Of a stretch of 64,000 nucleotides of DNA, positions 9,783 through 20,058 are shown piece by piece. The translations under genes and the position numbers were made by a program. Source of the stretch: Candidatus Poribacteria bacterium. GTDB taxonomy: Bacteria > Poribacteria > WGA-4E > PCPOR2b. Under the pieces are notes generated by a model. That model saw only the letters and a program-made list of their open reading frames with translations. It made no database searches and was not told the DNA's origin. The stretch covers positions 3,328,001-3,392,000 of the forward strand of contig OZ242351.1 of assembly GCA_965208675.1 (NCBI GenBank), written 5' to 3'. Position 1 is the first letter of the stretch. Each line of letters begins with the position of its first letter.

Positions 9783-10850
9783 ATGGCGCGTATGTTGACC
9801 TATGCGGAAGCAGTTCTTGAGGCGACTGAAAACGAGATGGCGCGAGATGCGTCGGTCATGGTGTTGGGCATCGGTGTCGACGATTTCAAGGGGATTTACG
9901 GTACTACAACGGGGTTGGTTGAGAAATTCGGAAATGACCGCGTTGTAGATACGCCGATTTCCGAGGACGCTATGACGGGGGTTGCCATCGGCGCCGCGCT
10001 CGCCGGATTGCGTCCGATTCACGTTCATATCCGCATGGACTTTCTGCTTTTAGCCATGAATCAACTGGTGAACATCGCCGCCAAGAGCCGGTATATGTAC
10101 GGCGGCGAAGTCTGCGTGCCCATCGTAGTTCGTGCCATTATTGGTAGAAGTTGGGGACAGGGGGCGCAGCACTCACAAGGGCTTCACTCATTCTTTATGC
10201 ACGTACCGGGGATGAAAGTGGTTGCCCCCAGCACGCCTTACGACGCAAAAGGTTGCTTGATTCAGAGTATCCGGGACGATAATCCGGTGGTGTTTGTCGA
10301 ACACCGCCTGATACACTATCAGAGGGGTCATGTGCCGGAATCTGACTACACTGTGCCCTTCGGTCAAGCGAGGGTGCTGGCGGAAGGGCGTGACATTACA
10401 CTCGTCGGTATTTCACATATGGCTGCAGAGTGCTTAGGCGCGAAGCGATACCTCCATGACATTGGTCTCCGCGCTGAAGTCATAGACCCGGTGTCTTTAA
10501 GTCCTCTGGACATAGGTACGATCGCCGCCTCTGTTGAAAAAACAGGAAGACTCCTCGTTGTTGACACCGCCTGGACCTCTTGCGGTGCCAGCGCGGAAAT
10601 TATGGCGCAGGTCACAGAACATCTAGGCAACGCGAGAATGGAATGCCGCCGGATGGGGTTTGCGCCTGTGACCTGTCCTACCACAAAAAATCTGGAGAAC
10701 TGCTTTTACCCGGATGCAAAAAAGATAGCAACTGTGGCGTACCGTATGGTTCATGGAGACGGCGTTCCTACGGCTGTAGATAGACAGCTCGATTTTTCAA
10801 TACCACCCGAGGTATCGCCAGAGTCCGTCGATTTCAGGGGACCTTTCTAA
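9783..10850 (+). CDS. TPP-dependent dehydrogenase E1 beta/transketolase C-terminal-like subunit
   Basis: 'DTPISE', 'GLRPI', 'GAQHSQ', 'PSTPYDAKG', 'SVEKTGRLLVVD'; ATG at 9783 directly follows the alpha-subunit stop. Confidence 0.9.
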   Translation: MARMLTYAEAVLEATENEMARDASVMVLGIGVDDFKGIYGTTTGLVEKFGNDRVVDTPISEDAMTGVAIGAALAGLRPIHVHIRMDFLLLAMNQLVNIAAKSRYMYGGEVCVPIVVRAIIGRSWGQGAQHSQGLHSFFMHVPGMKVVAPSTPYDAKGCLIQSIRDDNPVVFVEHRLIHYQRGHVPESDYTVPFGQARVLAEGRDITLVGISHMAAECLGAKRYLHDIGLRAEVIDPVSLSPLDIGTIAASVEKTGRLLVVDTAWTSCGASAEIMAQVTEHLGNARMECRRMGFAPVTCPTTKNLENCFYPDAKKIATVAYRMVHGDGVPTAVDRQLDFSIPPEVSPESVDFRGPF

Positions 10851-12031
10851 TGGGAGGACAATACCGGCTTGCGGAACAGACCATTGACGAGGAAGACCTC
10901 CAGGACCTCATCGCGTGGATAAAGACCAACCCATGGTTGACTCAGGGTGAACTGGTACACGAATTCGAGCGTCAATGGGCAGAGTGGCTTTATACCAATT
11001 ACGCGACCTTTGTCAATTCCGGTTCTTCAGCCAATCTTCTGATGTACGACGCCCTCTTGTTGTCCGAGAAGTTGGCCAACCAAAAGATTGTCCTCCCAGC
11101 CGTCAGTTGGTCAACTTCCGTTGCGCCCGCGATTCAACTCGGTTTTGAACCGATTTTATGCGAAGCGGATTGGAACACCTTTGGGCTGGATTTGGACTGT
11201 CTAGAAAGACTATTGAAAGTACACAATCCGGGAGCGGTTCTCATTGTTCACACACTCGGTGTGCCGAACGAGATGGAACCGCTTCTCGCGCTCAAAAATC
11301 GGTACGGGTTTATCCTGATGGAGGACGCTTGCGCCGCAATTGGATCTTACTATGACAACCAACCTGTTGGAACATTCGGGGAGATTAGTACATTTTCTTT
11401 CTATTACGGCCACCACCTTTCTACGATAGAGGGCGGCATGATTTGCACAAACGACGAAACACTCCACGACATTTTGGTTCAGATTCGGAGCCACGGTTGG
11501 GCTAAGGATCTCCCTCCTGAGAAAGCGGAGAAGAGAGCCCGTGAGAACAATGTCATTGCGTTCAATCGCCCTTTCACTTTCTACTATCCGGGCTACAACC
11601 TGCGGTCAACGGATCTGAACGCGCGAATCGGATTGTCCCAAATGAATAAGATTGATTACGTCGTGAAGCGGCGAATCGAAAATCACAACATCTACCAGTC
11701 TCGGTTCCAAAATGCTACAGATTTTCATTGCCAGCGAAATGACCGTGCGACCATCTGCAGTATTGCTTTTGCCGCCTTGGCTCGATCGCAGGCGCATCGG
11801 GAGAGAATTGCAAAAGCCCTTAGAGAAAACCATATTGAGACGCGGCCGCTAGGTGGAGGTAACATGTCACGCCAGCCCTTTTGGGCGAATAGGTATGAAT
11901 GCACCGCTTTTCCAGTTGCCGACCGAATTCACTCGACCGCCTTTCAACTCCCGAATCATCCCAGGCTCAGCCGAGAAGATGTCAACTATATCTGTGATAC
12001 TGTGCTTTCCATCCGGGATTCTGATTTGTGA
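10850..12031 (+). CDS. PLP-dependent DegT/DnrJ-family enzyme, ColD-type (4-keto-6-deoxysugar 3-dehydratase-like)
   Basis: 'VNSGSSANL', 'EDAC'; 'FSFYYGHHLSTIEGG' has His where aminotransferases have the Schiff-base Lys, as in ColD/E1 dehydratases. Confidence 0.8.
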   Translation: MGGQYRLAEQTIDEEDLQDLIAWIKTNPWLTQGELVHEFERQWAEWLYTNYATFVNSGSSANLLMYDALLLSEKLANQKIVLPAVSWSTSVAPAIQLGFEPILCEADWNTFGLDLDCLERLLKVHNPGAVLIVHTLGVPNEMEPLLALKNRYGFILMEDACAAIGSYYDNQPVGTFGEISTFSFYYGHHLSTIEGGMICTNDETLHDILVQIRSHGWAKDLPPEKAEKRARENNVIAFNRPFTFYYPGYNLRSTDLNARIGLSQMNKIDYVVKRRIENHNIYQSRFQNATDFHCQRNDRATICSIAFAALARSQAHRERIAKALRENHIETRPLGGGNMSRQPFWANRYECTAFPVADRIHSTAFQLPNHPRLSREDVNYICDTVLSIRDSDL

Positions 12032-12305
12032 ATCGGTGAGCAGAGTGGGATTACTCTGGCACTAAACCCACAGAGAGTATCCCGTATCTATGTATGCATA
12101 GGCACGTCATAACAGTGCTGACTACTGCGGTTCAACTGTAATTTCCGGGGCCTCGACGATTGTCTGCACTGATGATTATCAGGGTGTTAAACCCAGGTAT
12201 GCTCACTGATACAATCGTGTACGATGCAAGAAAGGCGCGAACTCACCGATTTTAAATTGTCCAAATTAGTATAACCAAGACCTGCAGTGATGTCACTTTG
12301 CAAAG

Positions 12306-13829
12306 GTGGCTGACGGCATGACTCAAACACTCAAACTACATGGGCGCTTGTTGGTGAGAAATACCAGCCTCAACTTTGGGGCGAAGGTGCTGCCCTTGGT
12401 TGTGATGGGGATCACGGTTCCGTATGTGATTGACGGTTTGGGTGTGGCGCGCTACGGGATTTTCACGCTTATCTGGGCTGTCATAGGCTATTTCAGTGTC
12501 CTTGATCTGGGTTTGGGGAAAGCAACTGCAAAGAAGGTAGCGGAAGCGCTGGGTAGAGGGGAAAGCGCTTCGATTCCCGCTATCGCTTGGACGGCTGTCG
12601 TCCTTACACTGGGTTTAGGGTTAATTGCAAGCTTCTCCCTTATGGCATTCACGTCGCTTCTGGTAAACAATGTCTTTCAGGTGGATGCCAACTTGAGCGA
12701 AGAGACCCAGCAGGTCTTCTACCTTGCTGCGGTCGGTCTGCTCATCGCATTGGTCAAATCTGCGCTTACCGGGGTGTTGGAGGCGCATCAGCGGTTCGAT
12801 TTAATCAACATGGTGGGCGTACCTTCAAGCCTGCTGTCCGCGGTTATTCCACCCTTTGTGCTTTATGCGGATGGCGGATTGCCTGCTATCGTTATTCTAC
12901 TCGTCATCAAAAACGGTTTCGAGTTATTCGTTTTGTCCTTCCTCTGGTTGAAGGTGTTGCCGTCCGGAGACCGCTTCTTTGCGCTAGATATGAAAATGAG
13001 CCCCGCCCTTTTTTCGTTTGGAGGGTGGTTGACACTGCACAACGTCGCAAGTTATGTTCTACAATACGTTGAGCGGTTCCTAATTGGCGCGCTCGTGACA
13101 GTAACAGCGGTCACCTATTACAGTGTTCCTTTCACCCTCATCAGTGCGTTGACGGTTCTTCCTTCGAGCCTGATGCCTGTCCTCTTTCCCGCTTTTAGCG
13201 TCCTTCACCATTCAGATGTTACGAAATTAGAGAATCTCTTCCGGCGGGCGCTGAAATACCTCGTCGTGCTGATGGGGCTGGCGGCATTGTTTCTGATGAT
13301 ATTTTCGGAGGAAATCTTGGTGTTGTGGATAGGCGAGGATGGTATAAGAAGCGTCTATGTGCTTCAGTTCCTCGCCGCGGGATACGTGCTCTCGGTTGTT
13401 TCATGGTATTTCAGCACGTTCCTGCAAGGGACGGGTTATATTAAATCGGTGACCGCAATTGGGCTGGCGTTCTTGGCTTTTCAGGTTCCATTCTCATGGG
13501 CGTTCATAACAGGGTGGGGAATTGAGGGCGCGGCTTTGGCATTCACATTTAGTCGGGCGCTAGTAGTTTTGGTATTCTACTGTACCGCTCGAAGGTTTAA
13601 TCTGATTCGTCCTTTGCGGGTTTCCATCGGCAAAATGGCAAAACTCACTTGCGGGTTTTTGATTATCATTTCAGCAACGCTGTTGCTCAAAACAGTTGTA
13701 GGTATTCTACCTTGGTCTATCATTTTGAGCGCCCCTGTATTCATTGGAAGCACCTTCCTGTTTGGCTGGTATGCCATTCTCACCCATGAGGAAAAAAGCA
13801 TGGTGTTACAGACGGTAAAGCGAGTCTAA
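12306..13829 (+). CDS. wzx: Wzx-type polysaccharide flippase (MOP superfamily); alternative start 12318
   Basis: About 12-14 TM segments; 'RNTSLN', 'LG...YG', 'DLGLG', 'FSFGGW', 'LFPAFS'; closes the glycan cluster. Confidence 0.85.
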   Translation: MADGMTQTLKLHGRLLVRNTSLNFGAKVLPLVVMGITVPYVIDGLGVARYGIFTLIWAVIGYFSVLDLGLGKATAKKVAEALGRGESASIPAIAWTAVVLTLGLGLIASFSLMAFTSLLVNNVFQVDANLSEETQQVFYLAAVGLLIALVKSALTGVLEAHQRFDLINMVGVPSSLLSAVIPPFVLYADGGLPAIVILLVIKNGFELFVLSFLWLKVLPSGDRFFALDMKMSPALFSFGGWLTLHNVASYVLQYVERFLIGALVTVTAVTYYSVPFTLISALTVLPSSLMPVLFPAFSVLHHSDVTKLENLFRRALKYLVVLMGLAALFLMIFSEEILVLWIGEDGIRSVYVLQFLAAGYVLSVVSWYFSTFLQGTGYIKSVTAIGLAFLAFQVPFSWAFITGWGIEGAALAFTFSRALVVLVFYCTARRFNLIRPLRVSIGKMAKLTCGFLIIISATLLLKTVVGILPWSIILSAPVFIGSTFLFGWYAILTHEEKSMVLQTVKRV

Positions 13830-13962
13830 CGCAATACCATTTTAGTTGCGGAACTGGAAACCTTAACGTAACTGGATTGAACGGGGGAAGGGGCACACGT
13901 TTTCTCGGCAATGCGCATTCGCCTGCAATCAACTCGCTTAGCATCGTATAGCGTTAGGAGAC

Positions 13963-15867
13963 ATGACCATGATGATTATAGCGAAATGCCATCAGCAAAC
14001 CAATACATGTGATGCGAATCGTTACTTGTCGGCACGAGTTGAGGTCGTCACACATTTTGTTATTTTGTTGCTCCTGATGAATTTCATTGTTTTTCCGGCA
14101 AATGCCCAAAATCTACAAGAGCAGATTGTGTTTGTGTCTGAATTGGGAGACATTCAACAAATACATCTCAGCATGCCCGGAGGCGGTCAAATTCAAAAAC
14201 TTACTTTACAACATAAACGCTATGCCACACCATCATTGTCGTTTGATGGAGAACGGGTTGCGTTTGCATCGGCAGACCGTAGAAGTCGAAACTATGACAT
14301 TTTTGTTATGGATATACAATCTCGAGAGCAGCGTCGCGTGACATTTGCGGGAAGCTTAGACATTCATCCTTCTTGGGCGCCTGATGGAAGTCGGATTGTG
14401 TTCGCTTCAGATGCAGGAGGAGTTTTCAATCTCTACACCGTGGATGAGAATGGGGAAAACCGCACCCGCCTGACGAATAGTTCGGGTGACGATATCCATC
14501 CTGACTGGTCTCCGGACGGGAGCAAAATAGCGTTCGCGTCGGATCAGGCAAGCGCAGTTCATCAGGCTTACTGGCTGAATCCTAGAACAGGACACCAAAA
14601 GCAATTGACTCAAATCAGTTTTGGAATTGATTACCCGCGATGGTCGCCTGATGGGGCAAAAATAGCATTCTTTTCGGCAGTTCGCGACAGGGAACGATGG
14701 CCAGTCGGCAACAGGCAAATTTGGCAAGTCAGCGCCGATGGAACCGGCTTAAAGAGTCTAATTACAGACGGCGACTACAATGATGAGCCAGTCATTTCTC
14801 ATGACTTAAAGTGTATTGCCTTTAAATCTACGAGAGACGATAACACGGACATTTATATCTTCAATCGGGATTCCCGAAAAATTCTGCGTCTAACTCGCCA
14901 CCCATCTTACGATTCGCGGCCGAGTTGGTCGCCGGACGGTAAACATCTAGTGTTCGTTTCTCGCAGATCTGACAACGCTGACATTTATAAGATTAACGCC
15001 GATGGCGGCGGGCTTGTGAATCTGACTCGCAGCGATGCCGATGAATCTATGCCGGTTTGGTCTCCGAAGGGGGACACAATCTGTTTCGTGCGAAATGTAG
15101 ATGGAAGGCGGGAGATTCGTGTGATGGACAGTAATGGGAAGCGTCAAATGCGGCTGGATAATAGCCCATTCTACAGCTCACCGCCGACATGGTTGCCGCG
15201 AGGAGATAAGATTGCCTTTGTGAGTAAACCCGTTCAGCTTGGTAGGGATTATCGTATCTATACAATGGATACGGATGGGCAGAATAAGCGACTGTTGTTT
15301 AGGACAGTAGATGGCGAAGTTCGAAAAATCAGTTGGTCTGCGGATGGCAAGCAAATGCTGTTTGTCCATTACGCCAATGGGGTTCACGAAATTCGTATGC
15401 TTGATGTGATTACACGAAAGGTTAGCACAATAAATTTGAATTTGAAGGTGGTTGCGCCTGACAACGCGGCTTGGGCGCCTTTAGGCAGGACGATTGTGTT
15501 TTCAGCTTTACCAATAAATCGACTACGGTCCGCCTTACGATATGGCATTCTCTTGATTGACGCCGACAGCGATAAAACTCAAGAACCAGAACCCGTATGG
15601 GATACCTTCAGTCCCGACCCGATTCGATTACCCGACAGAAGAGCATGTTTTTCGTGGTCGCCGGATGGGCAAAACTTGCTTTTTGGTCGCGGAGATTCTG
15701 AGAACCTCTACCAAACTGGATTAAGCGGGGCAGGCGTCACACGTTTTCGCAGAGATGCCCATTCACCGGATTGGAAAACCCCTCGCGTCTGGCGGAGTGT
15801 AACACCCAAGAACAAGCTGCATACAACTTGGGGAGAAGTCAAAGAAATAAACCGTGCCCAGGATTAA
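13963..15867 (+). CDS. Secreted TolB-like PD40/beta-propeller protein with conserved C-terminal tail
   Basis: Signal-like hydrophobic stretch ending ANA; many 'P.WSPDG..IAF.S' repeats; tail VTPKNKLHTTWGEVK. Confidence 0.85.
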   Translation: MTMMIIAKCHQQTNTCDANRYLSARVEVVTHFVILLLLMNFIVFPANAQNLQEQIVFVSELGDIQQIHLSMPGGGQIQKLTLQHKRYATPSLSFDGERVAFASADRRSRNYDIFVMDIQSREQRRVTFAGSLDIHPSWAPDGSRIVFASDAGGVFNLYTVDENGENRTRLTNSSGDDIHPDWSPDGSKIAFASDQASAVHQAYWLNPRTGHQKQLTQISFGIDYPRWSPDGAKIAFFSAVRDRERWPVGNRQIWQVSADGTGLKSLITDGDYNDEPVISHDLKCIAFKSTRDDNTDIYIFNRDSRKILRLTRHPSYDSRPSWSPDGKHLVFVSRRSDNADIYKINADGGGLVNLTRSDADESMPVWSPKGDTICFVRNVDGRREIRVMDSNGKRQMRLDNSPFYSSPPTWLPRGDKIAFVSKPVQLGRDYRIYTMDTDGQNKRLLFRTVDGEVRKISWSADGKQMLFVHYANGVHEIRMLDVITRKVSTINLNLKVVAPDNAAWAPLGRTIVFSALPINRLRSALRYGILLIDADSDKTQEPEPVWDTFSPDPIRLPDRRACFSWSPDGQNLLFGRGDSENLYQTGLSGAGVTRFRRDAHSPDWKTPRVWRSVTPKNKLHTTWGEVKEINRAQD

Positions 15868-15956
15868 CCCTTGGCGATATCTTCAGCGACACTGATTCTA
15901 GTCGGAAAGTCAACAATTGCAATCAACTCGCTTAGTATCGTATAGCGTTAGGAGAT

Positions 15957-17897
15957 ATGACCATGATGATTATAACGAAATGCCATCAACGAACCAATAC
16001 ATGTGATGCGAATCGTTACTTGTCGGCACGAATTGAGTTCGTTCCACATTTTTTTGTATTATTGCTCATGATGAATTTCAGTGTTTTTTCCTCAGATGCC
16101 CAAAATCAACAAGAGCAAATTGTGTTTGTGGCTGAGGTCGCAGACCTTGAACAAATACACCTAAGAAAGGCTGGAGGCGGTCGAGTTAAAACTAATAAGC
16201 TCACATTACAAGAGCCAACAGGAAGCTATTTAACACCATCACTATCGTTTGATGGAGAACAGGTTGCATTTGCCTCTCGACTTGGACGAAACTATGATAT
16301 CTATGTTATGGAGCTACAGTCTCGTAAGCAGCGCCGCGTGACGTTTGCGCCAAGTCGGGACCTTTATCCGTCTTGGGCGCCCGATGGAAGTCGGATTGCC
16401 TTTGCTTCGGACAAAGAGGGAGTTTTCAATCTCTATACCATCGAAAAAAATGGAGAAAACCGCACCCGTCTGACAAATAGTTCGGGCGACGACATCCAGC
16501 CTGACTGGTCTCCGGACGGGAGCAAAATAGCGTTCGCATCTGATCAGGCGAGCGCGGTGCATCAAGTTTACTGGATGCATGTCCGAACAGGGCACCAACA
16601 GCAACTGACACAAAGGACTTTTCATATCCGGTACCCGAGATGGTCACCTGATGGGACAAGGGTGGCATTCTATTCGGGAGTGTCTGCTTGGGTGCCGCCA
16701 CTCGGCAAAAGGCAAATTTGGCAGGTCAGCGCGGATGGAACCGGTTTAAAAAGCCTAATCACTGACGGCGACTACAATGATGACCCGGTTGTTTCTCATG
16801 ACTTAAAGCGTATTGCTTTTACATCAACGAGAGACGGTAACACGGACATTTATACCTACGATAGGGATTCGATGCAAATTCACCGCATAACGCATGACCC
16901 GTCTGACGATTATCAGCCGAGTTGGTCTCCGGACGGCAAACACCTTGTTTTTGTTTCTGACAGAACGGGCAACCCTGATATTTACAAGATGAACGCCGAT
17001 GGCGGCGGGATTGTTAGGTTGACTCGAAGCGATGCCGATGAAACTATGCCGGCTTGGTCTCCAAGAGGCGACATGATTTGTTTCGTGCGAAAGGTAGGAG
17101 ATGATTTAGTTGGAAGACGGGAGATTCGTGTGATGGCCAGCAACGGCAACGGTCAAATGCGGCTGGATTATATACCGCATTCAAACAGATTTCCGGCATG
17201 GTCGCCGAAAGCGGATAAGATTGCCTTTGTGAATAGGCCCGAACGGCTCTCTAGGGTTGTTCGCATCTATACAGTTGATATAGATGGACAGAATAAACGA
17301 TTGTTATTTGAGACATTAGATGGTGCAATCAGAAAAATCAGTTGGTCTCCGAATGGCAGGCAAATCGCGTTTGTCTATCACTCTTCACGTGATGGGATTC
17401 TTCAAGAAATCCGCATACTTAATGTGCATACACGAAAGGTCAACACAATTGAAATTGAATTGAAGGTGGTCGATAATTTTAAGGTAGTTGAGTTTCAAAA
17501 TGCTGCTTGGGCACCAATAGGCAGGACGATAGTGTTTTCAGGTATGCCATTACGTCCAGTGTCCACCGTACCCCCTTTCCGCTATGGCATTTTCTTGGCG
17601 GACGCCGATGGCGATAAGACTCAAGAACCAGAACCCTTATGGGATACCTTCATCCCCAAGAAGCAATACCCATACAAAAAAGAACGTTTTTCGTGGTCTC
17701 CGGATGGGGATAGCATCCTATTTAGCCGAGGAGATGGAAACATTTACTTAACAAAGTTGGGTGGTGGAGGGATTACACGTTACTTTAACAATGCGCATTC
17801 ACCGGATTGGAAGACGCCTCGTGTCTGGCGGAGCGTAACTCCCAAGAACAAGCTGCAAACAACTTGGGGTGAAGTCAAAGAAATAATCCGTAACTAA
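15957..17897 (+). CDS. Secreted TolB-like PD40/beta-propeller protein, tandem paralog of 13963..15867
   Basis: Colinear with the upstream gene including its 5' leader; PD40 repeats; tail VTPKNKLQTTWGEVK. Confidence 0.85.
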   Translation: MTMMIITKCHQRTNTCDANRYLSARIEFVPHFFVLLLMMNFSVFSSDAQNQQEQIVFVAEVADLEQIHLRKAGGGRVKTNKLTLQEPTGSYLTPSLSFDGEQVAFASRLGRNYDIYVMELQSRKQRRVTFAPSRDLYPSWAPDGSRIAFASDKEGVFNLYTIEKNGENRTRLTNSSGDDIQPDWSPDGSKIAFASDQASAVHQVYWMHVRTGHQQQLTQRTFHIRYPRWSPDGTRVAFYSGVSAWVPPLGKRQIWQVSADGTGLKSLITDGDYNDDPVVSHDLKRIAFTSTRDGNTDIYTYDRDSMQIHRITHDPSDDYQPSWSPDGKHLVFVSDRTGNPDIYKMNADGGGIVRLTRSDADETMPAWSPRGDMICFVRKVGDDLVGRREIRVMASNGNGQMRLDYIPHSNRFPAWSPKADKIAFVNRPERLSRVVRIYTVDIDGQNKRLLFETLDGAIRKISWSPNGRQIAFVYHSSRDGILQEIRILNVHTRKVNTIEIELKVVDNFKVVEFQNAAWAPIGRTIVFSGMPLRPVSTVPPFRYGIFLADADGDKTQEPEPLWDTFIPKKQYPYKKERFSWSPDGDSILFSRGDGNIYLTKLGGGGITRYFNNAHSPDWKTPRVWRSVTPKNKLQTTWGEVKEIIRN

Positions 17898-17966
17898 CCT
17901 TATTTTTCTGAGATTTCGTTCGTAAAGATATAGCTTCTCTTGGCACTTTCGAATGAGGTAAAGATT

Positions 17967-18299
17967 ATGCGAAAAAAACGGCTTCCCTTGGTGATACTAC
18001 TAAGCATAGCAGTTTCATTTTTGCTCTACTTCTTCATATCCAATTGGTTGGAAGAACCAGAAATCCAGATAGTATACGTGCTGCCGGATGAACCTATCAA
18101 GGCTGTCGCTAAACGGCGGTCCCGGTATTATGCTGCTCATGCTCAAACCACAGGGCAAGGCGAACGACATGAGTCGATGGAAGTACAGCATGAACTACCT
18201 GATGAAATGGAACGCGATAACCGAGAATTCAACACATCGCTACTTCTTTCCTTCTTGACAACCTCGCGGCAATCGGTTACAATTACCTTCCTAAAATAA
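17967..18299 (+). CDS. Hypothetical protein with N-terminal membrane anchor (possibly truncated)
   Basis: MRKKR followed by a hydrophobic helix; GAGG upstream. Confidence 0.5.
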   Translation: MRKKRLPLVILLSIAVSFLLYFFISNWLEEPEIQIVYVLPDEPIKAVAKRRSRYYAAHAQTTGQGERHESMEVQHELPDEMERDNREFNTSLLLSFLTTSRQSVTITFLK

Positions 18300-18433
18300 G
18301 CACCTCCGTGTCCGGAAAAATGGGGTCTCTTCATATATCGAAACGATTGCATAGGTGCATAGCGCTGACGTTTGAGGCGTAAGAAATATTGGGGCGTGTT
18401 GACATTTATGTAAAGCTGCCTGTAATCGTAAGG

Positions 18434-18490
18434 GATCAACCGAGTGAATAGCGAGGGATCAAGCGACTGAATAGGGAGTGCGATAGTTTT
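18434..18490 (+). repeat. Tandem partial plus full copy of the dispersed ~32-bp repeat
   Basis: GATCAACCGAGTGAATAGCGAGG followed by GATCAAGCGACTGAATAGGGAGTGCGATAGTTTT. Confidence 0.75.
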
Positions 18491-18722
18491 ACTTATAGTG
18501 TTTATCAGGCAACCTCGCCCATTGACCAACGCGGGCAGGGAACTCTCAACCATACAGGTTGAGTGGGTTGTACATCAAGAATCATATCTTGAAAAAATAA
18601 CAGGAGTGTTGCACCATAGTCTTGGCTCAAAAAAGCCGGCATGTTGCACTACATTCTAGAGTAACACCGAATTTGGTCAAACAACCTACAGCAGCCCGAA
18701 AGCGTGTCTGATTGTAAACAAA

Positions 18723-18746
18723 GGGTTGGGGGACCCAACCCCTACG
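18723..18746 (-). repeat. GTAG-type REP hairpin
   Basis: GGGTTGGGGGGACCCAACCCCTAC: GGGTTGGG/CCCAACCC stem ending in CTAC (GTAG on the minus strand). Confidence 0.55.
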
Positions 18747-18824
18747 AAAGGTCATGTGTCTGTGCACCTCTCTCGATTGTCCGGTTGTGATGAAATGTCA
18801 AGGAGAACCTAGTAACTTGGAAAC

Positions 18825-19583
18825 ATGAGAACACCAATCGTTGCGGGTAACTGGAAACTCTACAAGACAATCAGTGAGGCTGTAGAGTTTGGTATTGAGT
18901 TGCGGGAATTAGCCGCGGATGTTACCGGTGTTGAGATTGTTATCGCTCCTCCCTTTACAGCCCTCTCGGCGGTTGCAAATGTGCTAGCAGGCAGCAATAT
19001 CCGTCTTGCAGCGCAGGATGTGTTCTGGGAAGAAAAAGGTGCATTTACCGGCGAAGTTTCTCCAGGAATGCTCAAGGATGCCGGTTGTGACTATGTAATC
19101 ATCGGTCATTCTGAGCGGCGGGGATATTTCGGCGAAACGGATGTAAGCGTCAATCGCAAGGCAAAAGCGGCGCACATTCACGGCTTAAGACCGATTCTCT
19201 GTGTGGGCGAGAAACTTGAAGATCGGGACGCCGGAAATACCCAATCGGTCGTTGAAGCACAGGTCGTGAAGGGAATTTCCGGGTTCTCCGAATCCGAAGT
19301 GCTGTCTACCGTGATCGCCTATGAACCCGTGTGGGCGATTGGCACGGGCATAACCGCAAGATCGGATCAGGCACAGGAAGTTCACGGTTTTATCAGATCG
19401 TTGTTGTCGAGAATCTACTCGACTGATGCGGCAAAGCAGGTGTGCCTCCAATATGGCGGCAGTGTCAACGCAGGCAACACTGCCGAGTTGATGGCGCAAC
19501 CGGATGTGGATGGCGTCTTGGTTGGCGGAGCAAGCTTGGAAGTTGAGTCATTTGCACAGATCGTAAGAGCAGCACACGGATAA
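18825..19583 (+). CDS. tpiA: Triosephosphate isomerase
   Basis: 'AGNWK', 'GAFTGEVS', 'IGHSERR', 'AYEPVWAIGTG', 'YGGSV', 'LVGGASL'. Confidence 0.98.
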   Translation: MRTPIVAGNWKLYKTISEAVEFGIELRELAADVTGVEIVIAPPFTALSAVANVLAGSNIRLAAQDVFWEEKGAFTGEVSPGMLKDAGCDYVIIGHSERRGYFGETDVSVNRKAKAAHIHGLRPILCVGEKLEDRDAGNTQSVVEAQVVKGISGFSESEVLSTVIAYEPVWAIGTGITARSDQAQEVHGFIRSLLSRIYSTDAAKQVCLQYGGSVNAGNTAELMAQPDVDGVLVGGASLEVESFAQIVRAAHG

Positions 19584-19601
19584 AGTAAAGCGAGGATTAT
19601 C

Positions 19602-20000
19602 ATGGGAATTTTTATCGGTTTTGTAATGGTACTATTTGTGCCCGTATGTATTTTGTTGGTAGTCATCATATTGTTGCAAGATAGTAAAGGTGAGGGGCTG
19701 TCATCTAGCGCATTTGGAGCCTCTGAAGTACAATCGATTTTGGGCGGTCGAGGGGCTGCGACCTTTCTCTCCAAACTTACAACCTGGCTCGCTGTTGGAT
19801 TCATGGTGATGTCGCTCTTTTTAATGCGTTTCTACGGTGATATTAATAGCGGCGCCTTGACCCCGATTGAGACGGAAGAGGCGCAGTCGGAAAGCGCTGT
19901 GTCCACTGATGATGATGAAGGCAATCAAGCAGAAACAGATGAAGTTATTGACGCTGCTGAAACCGGCGGCACCGGCGACGCTGAATCCGATAGTCAATAG
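19602..20000 (+). CDS. secG: Preprotein translocase subunit SecG with acidic C-terminal tail
   Basis: 'ILLQDSKGEGLSS.AFG', 'FLSKLT', two TM helices; canonical tpiA-secG synteny. Confidence 0.92.
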   Translation: MGIFIGFVMVLFVPVCILLVVIILLQDSKGEGLSSSAFGASEVQSILGGRGAATFLSKLTTWLAVGFMVMSLFLMRFYGDINSGALTPIETEEAQSESAVSTDDDEGNQAETDEVIDAAETGGTGDAESDSQ

Positions 20001-20058
20001 TCCTTATTGTCAATCGTTACTCGTTTCCCCTTGAGTTTTTAACCCTGTTAAACCGCCA

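Noticed and set aside
8798-10850. Housekeeping pyruvate dehydrogenase pdhAB
   Set aside because: No adjacent E2/E3 genes and the pair is embedded in a sugar-nucleotide operon, so gene symbols were withheld
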